The notes under the pieces: model-generated
Seen by the model: only the letters and a program-made list of their open reading frames with translations
What the model was told of the DNA's origin: nothing
Database searches by the model: none
Shown: one piece after another, positions 12,736 through 28,500 of the stretch
Position numbering within the stretch: the stretch's first letter is position 1
How the letters are laid out: every line of letters begins with the position of its first letter
Made by a program: the position numbers and the translations under genes
NCBI RefSeq assembly: GCF_963921235.1
Contig: NC_086100.1
Location: 202,308,001-202,372,000, forward strand
Direction: 5' to 3'
DNA from: Mobula hypostoma
Lineage: Eukaryota
DNA length: 64,000 bases

Positions 12736-15700
12736 AGGAGTGAGATACTGACCCCCAGGAGTAAGATACGGACCATCGGGAGTGAGAAACTGACCACCGG
12801 GAGTGAGATACGGAGCATCGGGAGTGAGATACTGACCACCGGGAGTGAGATACTGACCATCGGGAGTGAGATTCTGACCCCCAGGAGTGAGATACTGACC
12901 ATCAGGAGTGAGGTACGGACCACCAGGAGTGAGATACTGACCACCAGGAGTGAGATACTGACCCACATGAGTGAGGTACCAACCCCCAGGGGTGAGATAC
13001 TGAGCCCCAGGAGTGAGATACTGTCCACCGGGAGTGAGGTACTGACCACCGGGAGTGAGATACGGACCACCGGGAGTGAGATACGGAGCATCGGGAGTGA
13101 GATACTGACCACCGGGAGTGAGATACTGACCATCGGGAGTGAGGTACGGACCACCAGGAGTGAGATACTGACCACCAGGAGTGAGATACTGACCCACATG
13201 AGTGAGGTACCAACCCCCAGGGGTGAGATACTGAGCCCCAGGAGTGAGATACTGTCCACCGGGAGTGAGGTACTGACCACCGGGAGTGAGGTACGGACTA
13301 CCGGGAGTGAGGTACGGACTATCGGGAGTGAGATACTGACACCCAGAAGTGAGATACTGACCACCTGGAGTGAGGTACGGACCACCAGGAGTAAGGTACG
13401 GACCACCAGGAGTGAGATACCGACCACTAGGAGTGAGATACTGACCACCAGTTGTGAGGTACTGACCATCAGGAGTGAGGTATCAAACCCCAGGAGTGAG
13501 ATACTGACCGTCAGGAGTGAGGTATCGAACCCCAGGAGTGAGGTACTGACCCCCAGGAGTGAGGTACTGACCCCCAGGGGTGAGATTCTGGCCATCAGGA
13601 GTGAGATACTGACCATCAGGAGTGAGGTACCGACCCCGAGGAGTGAGGTACTGACCATCAGGAGTGAGGTACGGACCATCAGGAGTGAGATACTGACCCA
13701 CAGGAGTGAGATACTGACCATCAGGTGTGAGGTACTGACCATCAGGAGTGAGATACTGACCCCCAGGAGTGAGATACCGACCCACAGGAGTGAGGTACCG
13801 ACCACCAGCAGTGAGGTACCGACCCCCAGGAGTGAGATACCGAGCCCCAGGAGTGAGGTATGGACCGCCAGGAGTGAGGTACCGACCCCCAGGAATGAGG
13901 TACCGACCCCCAGGAATGAGTTACTGACCCCCAGGAGTGAGATACTGACCACCAGGAGTGAGGTACTGACCCACAGGAGTGAGGTACTGACAATCGGCAG
14001 TGAGGTACTGACCATCAGGAGTGAGATACTGACCCCTAGGAGTGAGATACTGACCATCAGGAGTGAGGTATCGAACCCCAGGAGTGAGATACTGACCACC
14101 AGGAGTGAGGTACTGACCATCAGGAGTGAGTTACTGACCTCCAGGAGTGAGGTACCGACCATCAGGAGTGAGGTACCGACCTCCAGGAGTGAGGTACCGA
14201 CCCCCAGGAGTGAGATACCGACCATCGGGAGTGAGATACCGACCATCGGGAGTGAGATACTGACCCCCAGGAGTGAGATACGGACCATCGGGAGTGAGAT
14301 ACTGACCACCGGGAGTGAGATACGGACCACCGGGAGTGAGGTATCGAACCCCCGGGAGTGAGATACTGACCGTCAGGAGTGAGGTATCGAACCCCAGGAG
14401 TGAGGTACTGACCCCCAGGAGTGAGGTACTGACCCCCAGGGGTGAGATTCTGGCCATCAGGAGTGAGATACTGACCATCAGGAGTGAGGTACCGACCCCG
14501 AGGAGTGAGGTACTGACCATCAGGAGTGAGGTACGGACCATCAGGAGTGAGATACTGACCCACAGGAGTGAGATACCGACCCACAGGAGTGAGGTACCGA
14601 CCACCAGCAGTGAGGTACCGACCCCCAGGAGTGAGATACCGAGCCCCAGGAGTGAGGTACGGACCGCCAGGAGTGAGGTACCGACCCCCAGGAATGAGGT
14701 ACCGACCCCCAGGAATGAGTTACCGACCCCCAGGAATGAGTTACTGATCCCCAGGAGTGAGATACTGACCACCAGGAGTGAGGTACTGACCCACAGGAGT
14801 GAGGTACTGACCATCGGCAGTGAGGTACTGACCATCAGGAGTGAGATACTGACCCCCAGGAGTGAGATACTGACCATCAGGAGTGAGGTATCGAACCCCA
14901 GGAGTGAGATACTGACCACCAGGAGTGAGGTACTGACCATCAGGAGTGAGGTACTGACCCCCAGGAGTGAGATACTGACCACCAGGAGTGAGGTACTGAC
15001 CCACAGGAGTGAGGTACTGACCCACAGGAGTGAGATACTGACCATCAGGTGTGAGGTACTGACCATCAGGAGTGAAATACTGACCCCCAGGAGTGAGATA
15101 CCGACCCACAGGAGTGAGGTACCGACCACCAGCAGTGAGGTACCGACCCCCAGGAGTGAGATACCGAGCCCCAGGAGTGAGGTATGGACCGCCAGTACCG
15201 ACCACCAGGAATGAGGTACCGACCCCCAGGAATGAGTTACTGACCCCCAGGAGTGAGATACTGACCACCAGGAGTGAGGTACTGACCCACAGGAGTGAGG
15301 CACTGACCATCGGCAGTGAGGTACTGTCCCCCAGGAGTGAGATACTGACCATCAGTAGTGGGGTATCGAACCCCAGGAGTGAGATACTGACCACCAGGAG
15401 TGAGGTACTGACCATCAGGAGTGAGGTACTGACCCCCAGGAGTGAGATACTGACCACCAGGAGTGAGGTACTGACCATCAGGAGTGAGGTACTGACCCAC
15501 AGGAGTGAGATACTGACCATCAGGAGTGAGATACTGACCATCAAGAGTGAGATACTGACCCCCAGGAATGAGTTACTGACCTCCAGGAGTGAGGTACTGA
15601 CCATCAGGAGTGAGGTACCGACCTCCAGGAGTGAGGTACCGACCCCCAGGAGTGAGATACCGACCATCGGGAGTGAGATACGGAGCATCGGGAGTGAGAT

Positions 15701-18700
15701 ACTGACCACCGGGAGTGAGATACTGACAATCGGGAGTGAGATTCTGACCCCCAGGAGTGAGATACTGACCATCAGGAGTGAGGTACGGACCACCGGGAGT
15801 GAGATACTGACCACCGGGAGTGAGATACTGACCCACATGAGTGAGGTACCGACCCCCAGGGGTGAGATACTGAGCCCCAGGAGTGAGATACTGACCACCG
15901 GGAGTGAGGTACTGACCACCGGGAGTGAGGTACTGACCACCGGGAGTGAGGTACGGACTATCGGGAGTGAGATACTGACCCCCAGAAGTGAGATACTGAC
16001 CACCTGGAGTGAGGTACGGACCACCAGGAGTGAGATACTGACCACCAGGAGTGAGTTACTGACCATCAGGAGTGAGGTATCGAACCCCAGGAGTGAGATA
16101 CTGACCGTCAGGAGTGAGGTATCGAACCCCAGGAGTGAGGTACTGACCCCCAGGAGTGAGGTACTGTCCCCCAGGGGTGAGATTCTGGCCATCAGGAGTG
16201 AGATACTGACCATCAGGAGTGAGGTACCGACCCCGAGGAGTGAGGTACTGACCATCAGGAGTGAGGTACGGACCATCAGGAGTGAGATACTGACCTACAG
16301 GAGTGAGATACTGACCATCAGGTGTGAGGTACTGACCATCAGGAGTGAGATACCGACCCACAGGAGTGAGGTACCGACCACCAGCAGTGAGGTACCGATC
16401 CCCAGGAGTGAGGTATGGACCGCCAGGAGTGAGGTACCGACCCCCAGGAATGAGGTACCGACCCCCAGGAATGAGTTACTGACCCCCAGGAGTGAGATAC
16501 TGACCACCAGGAGTGAGGCACTGACCATCGGCAGTGAGGTACTGACCCCCAGGAGTGAGATACTGACCATCAGGAGTGAGGTATCGAACCCCAGGAGTGA
16601 GATACTGACCACCAGGACTGAGGTACTGACCATCAGGAGTGAGGTACTGACCCCCAGGAGTGAGATACTGACCACCAGGAGTGAGGTACTGACCCACAGG
16701 AGTGAGGTACTGACCCTCAGGAGTGAGATACTGACCATCAGGTGTGAGGTACTGACCATCAGGAGTGAAATACTGACCCCCAGGAGTGAGATACCGACCC
16801 ACAGGAGTGAGGTACCGACCACCAGCAGTGAGGTACCGACCCCCAGGAGTGAGATACCGAGCCCCAGGAGTGAGGTATGGACCGCCAGTACCGACCACCA
16901 GGAATGAGGTACCGACCCCCAGGAATGAGTTACTGACCCCCAGGAGTGAGATACTGACCACCAGGAGTGAGGTACTGACCCACAGGAGTGAGGTACTGAC
17001 CATCAGGAGTGAGATACTGACCCCCAGGAGTGAGATACTGACCATCAGGAGTGGGGTATCGAACCCCAGGAGTGAGATACTGACCACCAGGAGTGAGATA
17101 CTGACCACCAGGAGTGAGGTACTGACCCACAGGAGTGAGGTACTGACCCACAGGAGTGAGATACTGACCATCAGGAGTGAGATACTGACCATCAAGAGTG
17201 AGATACTGACCCCCAGGAATGAGTTACTGACCTCCAGGAGTGAGGTACCGACCATCAGGAGTGAGGTACCGACCTCCAGGAGTGAGGTACCGACCCCCAG
17301 GAGTGAGATACCGACCATCGGGAGTGAGATACGGAGCATCGGGAGTGAGATACTGACCACCGGGAGTGAGATACTGACCATCGGGAGTGAGATTCTGACC
17401 CCCAGGAGTGAGATACTGACCATCAGGAGTGAGGTACGGACCACCGGGAGCGAGATACTGACCACCAGGAGTGAGATACTGACCCACATGAGTGAGGTAC
17501 CAACCCCCAGGGGTGAGATACTGATCCCCAGGAGTGAGATACTGACCACCGGGAGTGAGGTACTGAACACCGGGAGTGAGGTACGGACTATCGGGAGTGA
17601 GATACTGATCCCCAGAAGTGAGATACTGACCACCTGGAGTGAGGTACGGACCACCAGGAGTAAGGTACGGACCACCAGGAGTGAGATACCGACCACTAGG
17701 AGTGAGATACTGACCACCAGTAGTGAGGTACTGACCATCAGGAGCGAGGTATCGAACCCCAGGAGTGAGATACTGACTGTCAGGAGTGAGGTATCGAACC
17801 CCAGGAGTGAGGTACTGACCCCCAGGAGTGAGGTACTGACCCCCAGGGGTGAGATTCTGGCCATCAGGAGTGAGGTACTGACCATCAGGAGTGAGGTACC
17901 GACCCCGAGCAGTGAGGTACTGCCCATCAGGAGTGAGGTACGGACCATCAGGAGTGAGATACTGACCATCCGGTGTGAGGTACTGACCATCAGGAGTGAG
18001 ATACTGACCCCCAGGAGTGAGATACCGACCCACAGGAGTGAGGTACCGACCACCGGAGTGAGATACGACCCACAGGAGTGAGGTACCGACCCATACTGAC
18101 CACCAGGAGTGAGATACTGACCACCAGTAGTGAGGTACTGACCATCAGGAGTGAGATACTGACCCCCAGGAGTACCCCCAGGAGTGAGGTATGGACCGCC
18201 AGGAGTGAGGTACCGACCCCCAGGAATGAGGTACCGACCCCCAGGAGTGAGTTACTGACCCCCAGGAGTGAGATACTGACCACCAGGAGTGAGGTACTGA
18301 CCCACAGGAGTGAGGTACTGACCATCGGCAGTGAGGTACTGACCATCAGGAGTGAGATACTGACCCCCAGGAGTGAGATACTGACCATCAGGAGTGAGAT
18401 ACTGACCACCAGGAGTGAGGTACTGACCATCAGGAGTGAGGTACTGACCCCCAGGAGTGAGATACTGACCCACAGGATTGAGGTACTGACCCACAGGAGT
18501 GAGATACTGACCATCAGGAGTGAGATACTGACCCCCAGGAGTGAGTTACTGACCTCCAGGAGTGAGGTACCGACCATCAGGAGTGAGGTACCGACCTCCA
18601 GGAGTGAGGTACCGACCCCCAGGAGTGAGATACCGACCATCGGGAGTGAGATACCGACCATCGGGAGTGAGATACTGAGTGAGATACCGACCATCGGGAG

Positions 18701-21700
18701 TGAGATACTGACCACCGGGAGTGAGATACGGACCACCGGGAGTGAGGTATCGAACCCCCGGGAGTGAGATACTGACCGTCAGGAGTGAGGTATCGAACCC
18801 CAGGAGTGAGGTACTGACCCCCAGGAGTGAGGTACTGACCCCCAGGGGTGAGATTCTGGCCATCAGGAGTGAGATACTGACCATCAGGAGTGAGGTACCG
18901 ACCCCGAGGAGTGAGATACTGACCATCAGGAGTGAGGTACGGACCATCAGGAGTGAGATACTGACCCACAGGAGTGAGATACTGACCATCAGGTGTGAGG
19001 TACTGACCATCAGGAGTGAGATACTGACCCCCAGGAGTGAGATACCGACCCACAGGAGTGAGGTACCGACCACCAGCAGTGAGGTACCGACCCCCAGGAG
19101 TGAGATACCGAGCCCCAGGAGTGAGGTATGGACCGCCAGGAGTGAGGTACCGACCCCCAGGAATGAGGTACCGACCCCCAGGAATGAGTGACTGACCCCC
19201 AGGAGTGAGATACTGACCACCAGGAGTGAGGTACTGACCCACAGGAGTGAGGTACTGACCATCGGCAGTGAGGTACTGACCATCAGGAGTGAGATACTGA
19301 CCCCCAGGAGTGAGATACTGACCATCAGGAGTGAGGTATCGAACCCCAGGAGTGAGATACTGACCACCAGGAGTGAGGTACTGACCATCAGGAGTGAGGT
19401 ACTGACCCCCAGGAGTGAGATACTGACTACCAGGAGTGAGGTTCTGACCCACAGGAGTGAGGTACTGACCCACAGGAGTGAGATACTGACCATCAGGTGT
19501 GAGGTACTGACCATCAGGAGTGAGATACTGACCCCCAGGAGTGAGATACCGACCCACAGGAGTGAGGTAGGTACTGACCATCGGCAGTGAGGTACTGACC
19601 ATCAGGAGTGAGATACTGACCCCCGGGAGTGAGATACTGACCATCAGGAGTGGGGTTTCGAACCCCAGGAGTGAGATACTGACCACCAGGAGTGAGGTAC
19701 TGACCATCAGGAGTGAGGTACTGACCCCCAGGAGTGAGATACTGACCACCAGGAGTGAGGTACTGACCCACAGGAGTGAGGTACTGACCCACAGGAGTGA
19801 GATACTGACCATCAGGAGTGAGATACTGACCATCAAGAGTGAGATACTGACCCCCAGGAATGAGTTACTGACCTCCAGGAGTGAGGTACCGACCATCAGG
19901 AGTGAGGTACCGACCTCCAGGAGTGAGGTACCGACCCCCAGGAGTGAGATACCGACCATCGGGAGTGAGATACCGACCATCGGGAGTGAGATACAGACCA
20001 TCGGGAGTGAGATACTGACCATCGGGAGTGAGATTCTGACCCCCAGGAGTGAGATACTGACCATCAGGAGTGAGGTACGGACCACCGGGAGTGAGATACT
20101 GACCACCGGGAGTGAGATACTGACCCACATGAGTGAGGTACCAACCCCCAGGGGTGAGATACTGAGCCCCAGGAGTGAGATACTGACCACCGGGAGTGAG
20201 GTACTGACCACCGGGAGTGAGGTACGGACTATCGGGAGTGAGATACTGACCCCCAGAAGTGAGATACTGACCACCTGGAGTGAGGTACGGACCACCAGGA
20301 GTGAGATACCGACCACTAGGAGTGAGATACTGACCACCAGTAGTGAGGTACTGACCATCAGGAGTGAGGTATCGAACCCCAGGAGTGAGATACTGACCGT
20401 CAGGAGTGAGGTATCGAACCCCAGGAGTGAGGTACTGACCCCCAGGAGTGAGGTACTGTCCCCCAGGGGTGAGATTCTGGCCATCAGGAGTGAGATACTG
20501 ACCATCAGGAGTGAGGTACCGACCCCGAGGAGTGAGGTACTGACCATCAGGAGTGAGGTACGGACCATCAGGAGTGAGATACTGACCTACAGGAGTGAGA
20601 TACTGACCATCAGGTGTGAGGTACTGACCATCAGGAGTGAGATACCGACCCACAGGAGTGAGGTACCGACCACCAGCAGTGAGGTACCGACCCCCAGGAG
20701 TGAGATACCGAGCCCCAGGAGTGAGGTATGGACCGCCAGGAGTGAGGTACCGACCCCCAGGAGGGAGGTACCGACCCCCAGGAATGAGGTACCGACCCCC
20801 AGGAATGAGTTACTGACCCCCAGGAGTGAGATACTGACCACCAGGAGTGAGGTACTGACCCACAGGAGTGAGGTACTGACCATCGGCAGTGAGGTACTGA
20901 CCATCAGGAGTGAGATACTGACCCCCAGGAGTGAGATACTGACCATCAGGAGTGAGGTATCGAACCCCAGGAGTGAGATACTGACCACCAGGAGTGAGGT
21001 ACTGACCATCAGGAGTGAGGTACTGACCCCCAGGAGTGAGATACTGACCACCAGGAGTGAGGTACTGACCCACAGGAGTGAGGTACTGACCCTCAGGAGT
21101 GAGATACTGACCATCAGGTGTGAGGTACTGACCATCAGGAGTGACATACTGACCCCCAGGAGTGAGATACCGACCCACAGGAGTGAGGTACCGACCACCA
21201 GCAGTGAGGTACCGACCCCCAGGAATGAGTTACTGACCCCCAGGAGTGAGATACTGACCACCAGGAGTGAGGTACTGACCCACAGGAGTGAGGTACTGAC
21301 CATCGGCAGTGAGGTACTGACCATCAGGAGTGAGATACTGACCCCCAGGAGTGAGATACTGACCATCAGGAGTGGGGTATCGAACCCCAGGAGTGAGATA
21401 CTGACCACCAGGAGTGAGGTACTGACCATCAGGAGTGAGGTACTGACCCCCAGGAGTGAGATACTGACCACCAGGAGTGAGGTACTGACCCACAGGAGTG
21501 AGGTACTGACCCACAGGAGTGAGATACTGACCATCAGGAGTGAGATACTGACCATCAAGAGTGAGATACTGACCCCCAGGAATGAGTTACTGACCTCCAG
21601 GAGTGAGGTACCGACCATCAGGAGTGAGGTACCGACCTCCAGGAGTGAGGTACCGACCCCCAGGAGTGAGATACCGACCATCGGGAGTGAGATACGGAGC

Positions 21701-24645
21701 ATCGGGAGTGAGATACTGACCACCGGGAGTGAGATACTGACCATCGGGAGTGAGATACTGACCCCCAGGAGTGAGATACTGACCATCAGGAGTGAGGTAC
21801 GGACCACCAGGAGTGAGATACTGACCACCAGGAGTGAGATACTGACCCACATGAGTGAGGTACCAACCCCCAGGGGTGAGATACTGAGCCCCAGGAGTGA
21901 GATACTGACCACCGGGAGTGAGGTACTGACCACCGGGAGTGAGGTACGGACTATCGGGAGTGAGATACTGACCCCCAGAAGTGAGATACTGACCACCTGG
22001 AGTGAGGTACGGACCACCAGGAGTAAGGTACGGACCACCAGGAGTGAGATACCGACCACTAGGAGTGAGATACTGACCACCAGTAGTGAGGTACTGACCA
22101 TCAGGAGTGAGGTATCGAACCCCAGGAGTGAGATACTGACCGTCAGGAGTGAGGTATCGAACCCCAGGAGTGAGGTACTGACCCCCAGGAGTGAGGTACT
22201 GACCCCCAGGGGTGAGATTCTGGCCATCAGGAGTGAGGTACTGACCATCAGGAGTGAGGTACCGACCCCGAGCAGTGAGGTACTGCCCATCAGGAGTGAG
22301 GTACGGACCATCAGGAGTGAGATACTGACCATCCGGTGTGAGGTACTGACCATCAGGAGTGAGATACTGACCCCCAGGAGTGAGATACCGACCCACAGGA
22401 GTGAGGTACCGACCACCAGCAGTGAGGTACCGACCCCCAGGAGTGAGATACCGAGCCCCAGGAGTGAGGTATGGACCGCCAGGAGTGAGGTACCGACCCC
22501 CAGGAATGAGGTACCGACCCCCAGGAATGAGTTACTGACCCCCAGGAGTGAGATACTGACCACCAGGAGTGAGGTACTGACCCACAGGAGTGAGGTACTG
22601 ACCATCGGCAGTGAGGTACTGACCATCAGGAGTGAGATACTGACCCCCAGGAGTGAGATACTGACCATCAGGAGTGAGATACTGACCACCAGGAGTGAGG
22701 TACTGACCATCAGGAGTGAGGTACTGACCCCCAGGAGTGAGATACTGACCCACAGGATTGAGGTACTGACCCACAGGAGTGAGATACTGACCATCAGGAG
22801 TGAGATACTGACCCCCAGGAGTGAGTTACTGACCTCCAGGAGTGAGGTACCGACCATCAGGAGTGAGGTACCGACCTCCAGGAGTGAGGTACCGACCCCC
22901 AGGAGTGAGATGCCGAATATCGGGAGTGAGATACTGACCCCCAGGAGTAAGATACGGACCATCGGGAGTGAGATACTGACCACCGGGAGTGAGATACGGA
23001 CCACCGGGAGTGAGGTATCGAACCCCCGGGAGTGAGATACTGACCGTCAGGAGTGAGGTATCGAACCCCAGGAGTGAGGTACTGACCCCCAGGAGTGAGG
23101 TACTGACCCCCAGCGGTGAGATTCTGGCCATCAGGAGTGAGATACTGACCATCAGGAGTGAGGTACCGACCCCGCGGAGTGAGGTACTGACCATCAGGAG
23201 TGAGGTACGGACCATCAGGAGTGAGATACTGACCCACAGGAGTGAGATACTGACCATCAGGTGTGAGGTACTGACCATCAGGAGTGAGATACTGACCCCC
23301 AGGAGTGAGATACCGACCCACAAGAGTGAGGTACCGACCACCAGCAGTGAGGTACCGACCCCCAGGAGTGAGATACCGAGCCCCAGGAGTGAGGTACGGA
23401 CCCCCAGGAATGAGGTACCGACCCCCAGGAATGAGTTACTGACCCCCAGGAGTGAGATACTGACCACCAGGAGTGAGGTACTGACCCACAGGAGTGAGGT
23501 ACTGACCATCGGCAGTGAGGTACTGACCATCAGGAGTGAGATACTGACCCCCAAGAGTGAGATACTGACCATCAGGAGTGAGGTTTCGAACCCCAGGAGT
23601 GAGATACTGACCACCAGGAGTGAGATACTGACCATCAGGAGTGAGGTACTGACCCCAGGAGTGAGATACTGACCACCAGGAGTGAGGTACTGACCCACAG
23701 GAGTGAGGTACTGACCCACAGGAGTGAGATACTGACCATCAGGAGTGAGATATTGACCCCCAGGAATGAGTTACTGACCTCCAGGAGTGAGATACTGACC
23801 ATCAGGAGTGAGGTACCGACCTCCAGGAGTGAGGTACCGACCCCCAGGAGTGAGATACCGACCATCGGGAGTGAGATACCGACCATCGGGAGTGAGATAC
23901 TGACCCCCAGGAGTGAGATACGGACCATCGGGAGTGAGATACTGACCACCGGGAGTGAGATACGGACCACCGGGAGTGAGATACAAAGCATCGGGAGTGA
24001 GATACTGACCACCGGGAGTGAGATACTGACCATCGGGAGTGAGATACTGACCACCAGGAGTGAGATACTGACCCACATGAGTGAGGTACCAACCCCCAGG
24101 GGTGAGATACTGAGCCCCAGGGGTGAGATACTGAGCCCCAGGAGTGAGATACTGACCACCGGGAGTGAGGTACTGACCACCGGGAGTGAGGTACGGACTA
24201 TCGGGAGTGAGATACTGACCCCCAGAAGTGAGATACTGACCACCTGGAGTGAGGTACGGACCACCATGAATAAGGTACGGACCACCGGGAGTGAGATACC
24301 GACCACTAGGAGTGAGATACCGACCACCAGTAGTGAGGTACTGACCATCAGGAGTGAGGTATCGAACCCCAGGAGTGAGATACTGACCGTCAGGAGTGAG
24401 GTATCGAACCCCAGGAGTGAGATACTGACCCCCAGGAGTGAGGTACCGACCCCCAGGGGTGAGATTCTGGCCATCAGGAGTGAGATACTGACCATCAGGA
24501 GTGAGGTACTGACCCCGAGGAGTGAGGTACTGACCATCAGGAGTGAGGTACGGACCATCAGGAGTGAGATACTGACCCACAGGAGTGAGATACTGACCAT
24601 CAGGTGTGAGGTACTGACCACCAGGAGTGAGATCTGACCATTAGT

Positions 24646-25206
24646 GTGTTCGTCCATCGTCAACGTCGATGAGGACCTCGACACCATTATTGATGGTGTC
24701 GAGACTAGCGCGTGACTTGGATTTAAGTGAGGGAGGGTTGCGCAGCGTCAGTCTCACTCTCTCTTCCCAATTCCCATCTGGATCCAGTGGCAAGACAGAG
24801 TCGAGACGGCAGGAGATGGGACTAGGCGCAGTGGATGACCAGGACGTCTTCTGTGTCTTGTCCTGCTCTACACGTTCCACGACGCTTGCAGAGACCGCCT
24901 TCTTGACCGTTGGACCTTCCATTGGTCTCGTCCACTCAGTCTGCCGGAGTCTGTCTGCACATGCTGGGATAGACAACTCCCTATCTCACCGAGGGTTTGA
25001 GACCCGTCGGCTACCCTCACCTGGTTTAGCCGACTTGTCGAAGCCGTTGCCCGGGGTGTGGCCGCTGTCGCATGCAAACAGCTACGGGGAGCCACAGGTG
25101 AGAGCTGAGTGCCAGGTGGGGACCAAAGGTGGACTAACCACCTTGAAAAGGACGCGACACGTTACCTCACCAGAGGTGCTACCCCTCCCTGACACCCCAT
25201 TCACCC
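24646..25206 (-). mobile_element. 561-bp RTE-derived element, copy 3
   Basis: Near-identical to copy 1 (offset 21099), same flanks. Confidence 0.8.
25013..25198 (-). ncRNA. HDV-like ribozyme (predicted), copy 3
   Basis: Same core as copy 1. Confidence 0.8.
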
Positions 25207-25384
25207 CTGACCATTAGTAGTGATATACTGACTCCCACGAGTGAGATACTGAGCATCAGGAGTGAGGTATTGAGCCCCAGGAGTGAGGTACTGACCACCA
25301 GGAGTGGGGTACTGACCACCAGGAGTGAGGTACTGACCACCAGGAGTGAGATACTGACCATCAGGAGTCGGGTACTGTCCATCA

Positions 25385-25529
25385 TCTGGCATAGTTTGCA
25401 TTTTGTTGTTTGATTGTTTGTGGTTTTTCTATTGCAATACTTATGCTCTATTCTTGGTTGGTGCGGCTGTAATGAAACCCAATTTCCCTCGGGATCAATA
25501 AAGTATATCTATCTATCTATCTATCTATC
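25385..25529 (+). mobile_element. Rex1-like 3' tail fragment, copy 3
   Basis: Same sequence with one extra TATC unit. Confidence 0.65.
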
Positions 25530-28500
25530 AGGAGTGAGATACTGACCCCCAGGAGTAAGATACGGACCATCGGCAGTGAGATACTGACCACCGGGAGTGA
25601 GATACGGAGCATCGGGAGTGAGATACTGACCACCGGGAGTGAGATACTGACCATCGGGAGTGAGATTCTGACCCCAAGGAGTGAGATACTGACCATCAGG
25701 AGTGAGGTACGGACCACCAGGAGTGAGATACTGACCACCAGGAGTGAGATACTGACCCACATGAGTGAGGTACCAACCCCCAGGGGTGAGATACTGAGCC
25801 CCAGGAGTGAGATACTGTCCACCGGGAGTGAGGTACTGACCACCGGGAGTGAGGTACGGACTACCGGGAGTGAGGTACGTACTACCGGGAGTGAGGTACG
25901 GACTATCGGGTGTGAGATACTGACCCCCAGAAGTGAGATACTGACCACCTGGAGTGAGGTACGGACCACCAGGAGTAAGGTACGGACCACCAGGTGTGAG
26001 ATACCGACCACTAGGAGTGAGATACTGACCACCAGTTGTGAGGTACTGACCATCAGGAGTGAGGTATCGAACCCCAGGAGTGAGATACTGACCGTCAGGA
26101 GTGAGGTATCGAACCCCAGGAGTGAGGTACTGACCCCCAGGAGTGAGGTACTGACCCCCAGGGGTGAGATTCTGGCCATCAGGAGTGAGATACTGACCAT
26201 CAGGAGTGAGGTTCCGACCCCGAGGAGTGAGGTACTGACCATCAGGAGTGAGGTACGGACCATCAGGAGTGAGATACTGACCCACAGGAGTGAGATACTG
26301 ACCATCAGGTGTGAGGTACTGACCCCCAGGAGTGAGATACTGACCCGCAGGAGTGAGATACCGACCCACAGGAGTGAGGTACCGACCACCAGCAGTGAGG
26401 TACCGACCCCCAGGAGTGAGATAACGAGCCCCAGGAGTGAGGTATGGACCGCCAGTACCGACCACCAGGAATGAGGTACCGACCCCCAGGAATGAGTTAC
26501 TGACCCCCAGGAGTGAGATACTGACCACCAGGAGTGAGGTACTGACCCACAGGAGTGAGGTACTGACCATCGGCAGTGAGGTACTGACCATCAGGAGTGA
26601 GATACTGACCCCCAGGAGTGAGATACTGACCATCAGGAGTGGGGTATCGAACCCCAGGAGTGAGATACTGACCACCAGGAGTGAGGTACTGACCATCAGG
26701 AGTGAGGTACTGACCCACAGGAGTGAGGTACTGACCATCAGGAGTGAGATACTGACCATCAAGAGTGAGATACTGACCCCCAGGAATGAGTTACTGACCT
26801 CCAGGAGTGAGGTACCGACCATCAGGAGTGAGGTACCGACCTCCAGGAGTGATGTACCGACCCCCAGGAGTGAGATACCGACCATCGGGAGTGAGATACG
26901 GAGCATCGGGAGTGGGGTATCGAACCCCAGGAGTGAGATACTGACCACCGGGAGTGAGATACTGACCATCGGGAGTGAGATTCTGACCCCCAGGAGTGAG
27001 ATACTGACCATCAGGAGTGAGGTACGGACCACCAGGAGTGAGATACTGACCACCAGGAGTGAGATACTGACCCACATGAGTGAGGTACCAACCCCCAGGG
27101 GTGAGATACTGAGCCCCAGGAGTGAGATACTGACCACCGGGAGTGAGGTACTGACCACCGGGAGTGAGGTACGGACTATCGGGAGTGAGATACTGACCCC
27201 CAGAAGTGAGATACTGACCACCTGGAGTGAGGTACGGACCACCAGGAGTAAGGTACGGACCACCAGGAGTGAGATACCGACCACTAGGAGTGAGATACTG
27301 ACCACCAGTAGTGAGGTACTGACCATCAGGAGTGAGGTATCGAACCCCAGGAGTGAGATACTGACCGTCAGGAGTGAGGTATCGAACCCCAGGAGTGAGG
27401 TACTGACCCCCAGGAGTGAGGTACTGACCCCCAGGGGTGAGATACTGGCCATCAGGAGTGAGATACTGACCATCAGGAGTGAGGTACCGACCCCGAGGAG
27501 TGAGGTACTGACCATCAGGAGTGAGGTACGGACCATCAGGAGTGAGATACTGACCCACAGGAGTGAGATACTGACCATCAGGTGTGAGGTACTGACCATC
27601 AGGAGTGAGATACTGACCCCCAGGAGTGAGATACCGACCCACAGGAGTGAGGTACCGACCACCAGCAGTGAGGTACCGACCCCCAGGAGTGAGATACTGA
27701 CCCCCAGGAGTGAGGTACGGACCCCCAGGAGTGAGGTACCGACCCCCAGGAATGAGTTACCGACCCCCAGGAATGAGTTACTGACCACCAGGAGTGAGGT
27801 ACTGACCCACAGGAGTGAGGTACTGACCATCGGCAGTGAGGTACTGACCATCAGGAGTGCGATACTGACCCCCAGGAGTGAGATACTGAGCCCCAGGAGT
27901 GAGGTATCGAACCCCAGGAGTGAGATACTGACCACCAGGAGTGAGGTACCGACCATCAGGAGTGAGGTACCGACCTCCAGGAGTGAGGTACCGAACCCCA
28001 GGAGTGAGATACCGACCATCGGGAGTGAGATACCGACCATCGGGAGTGAGATACTGACCCCCAGGAGTGAGATACGGACCATCAGGAGTGAGATACTGAC
28101 CACCGGGAGTGAGATACGGACCACCGGGAGTGAGGTATCGAACCCCCGGGAGTGAGATACTGACCGTCAGGAGTGAGGTACCGACCTCGAGGAGTGAGGT
28201 ACTGACCATCAGGAGTGAGGTACGGACCATCAGGAGTGAGATACTGACCCACAGGAGTGAGATACTGACCATCAGGTGTGAGGTACTGACCATCAGGAGT
28301 GAGATACTGACCCCCAGGAGTGAGATACCGACCCACAGGAGTGAGGTACCGACCACCAGCAGTGAGGTACCGACCCCCAGGAGTGAGATACCGAGCCCCA
28401 GGAGTGAGGTACGGACCACCAGGAGTGAGGTACCGACCCCCAGGAATGAGGTACCAACCCCCAGGAATGAGTTACTGACCCCCAGGAGTGAGATACTGAC

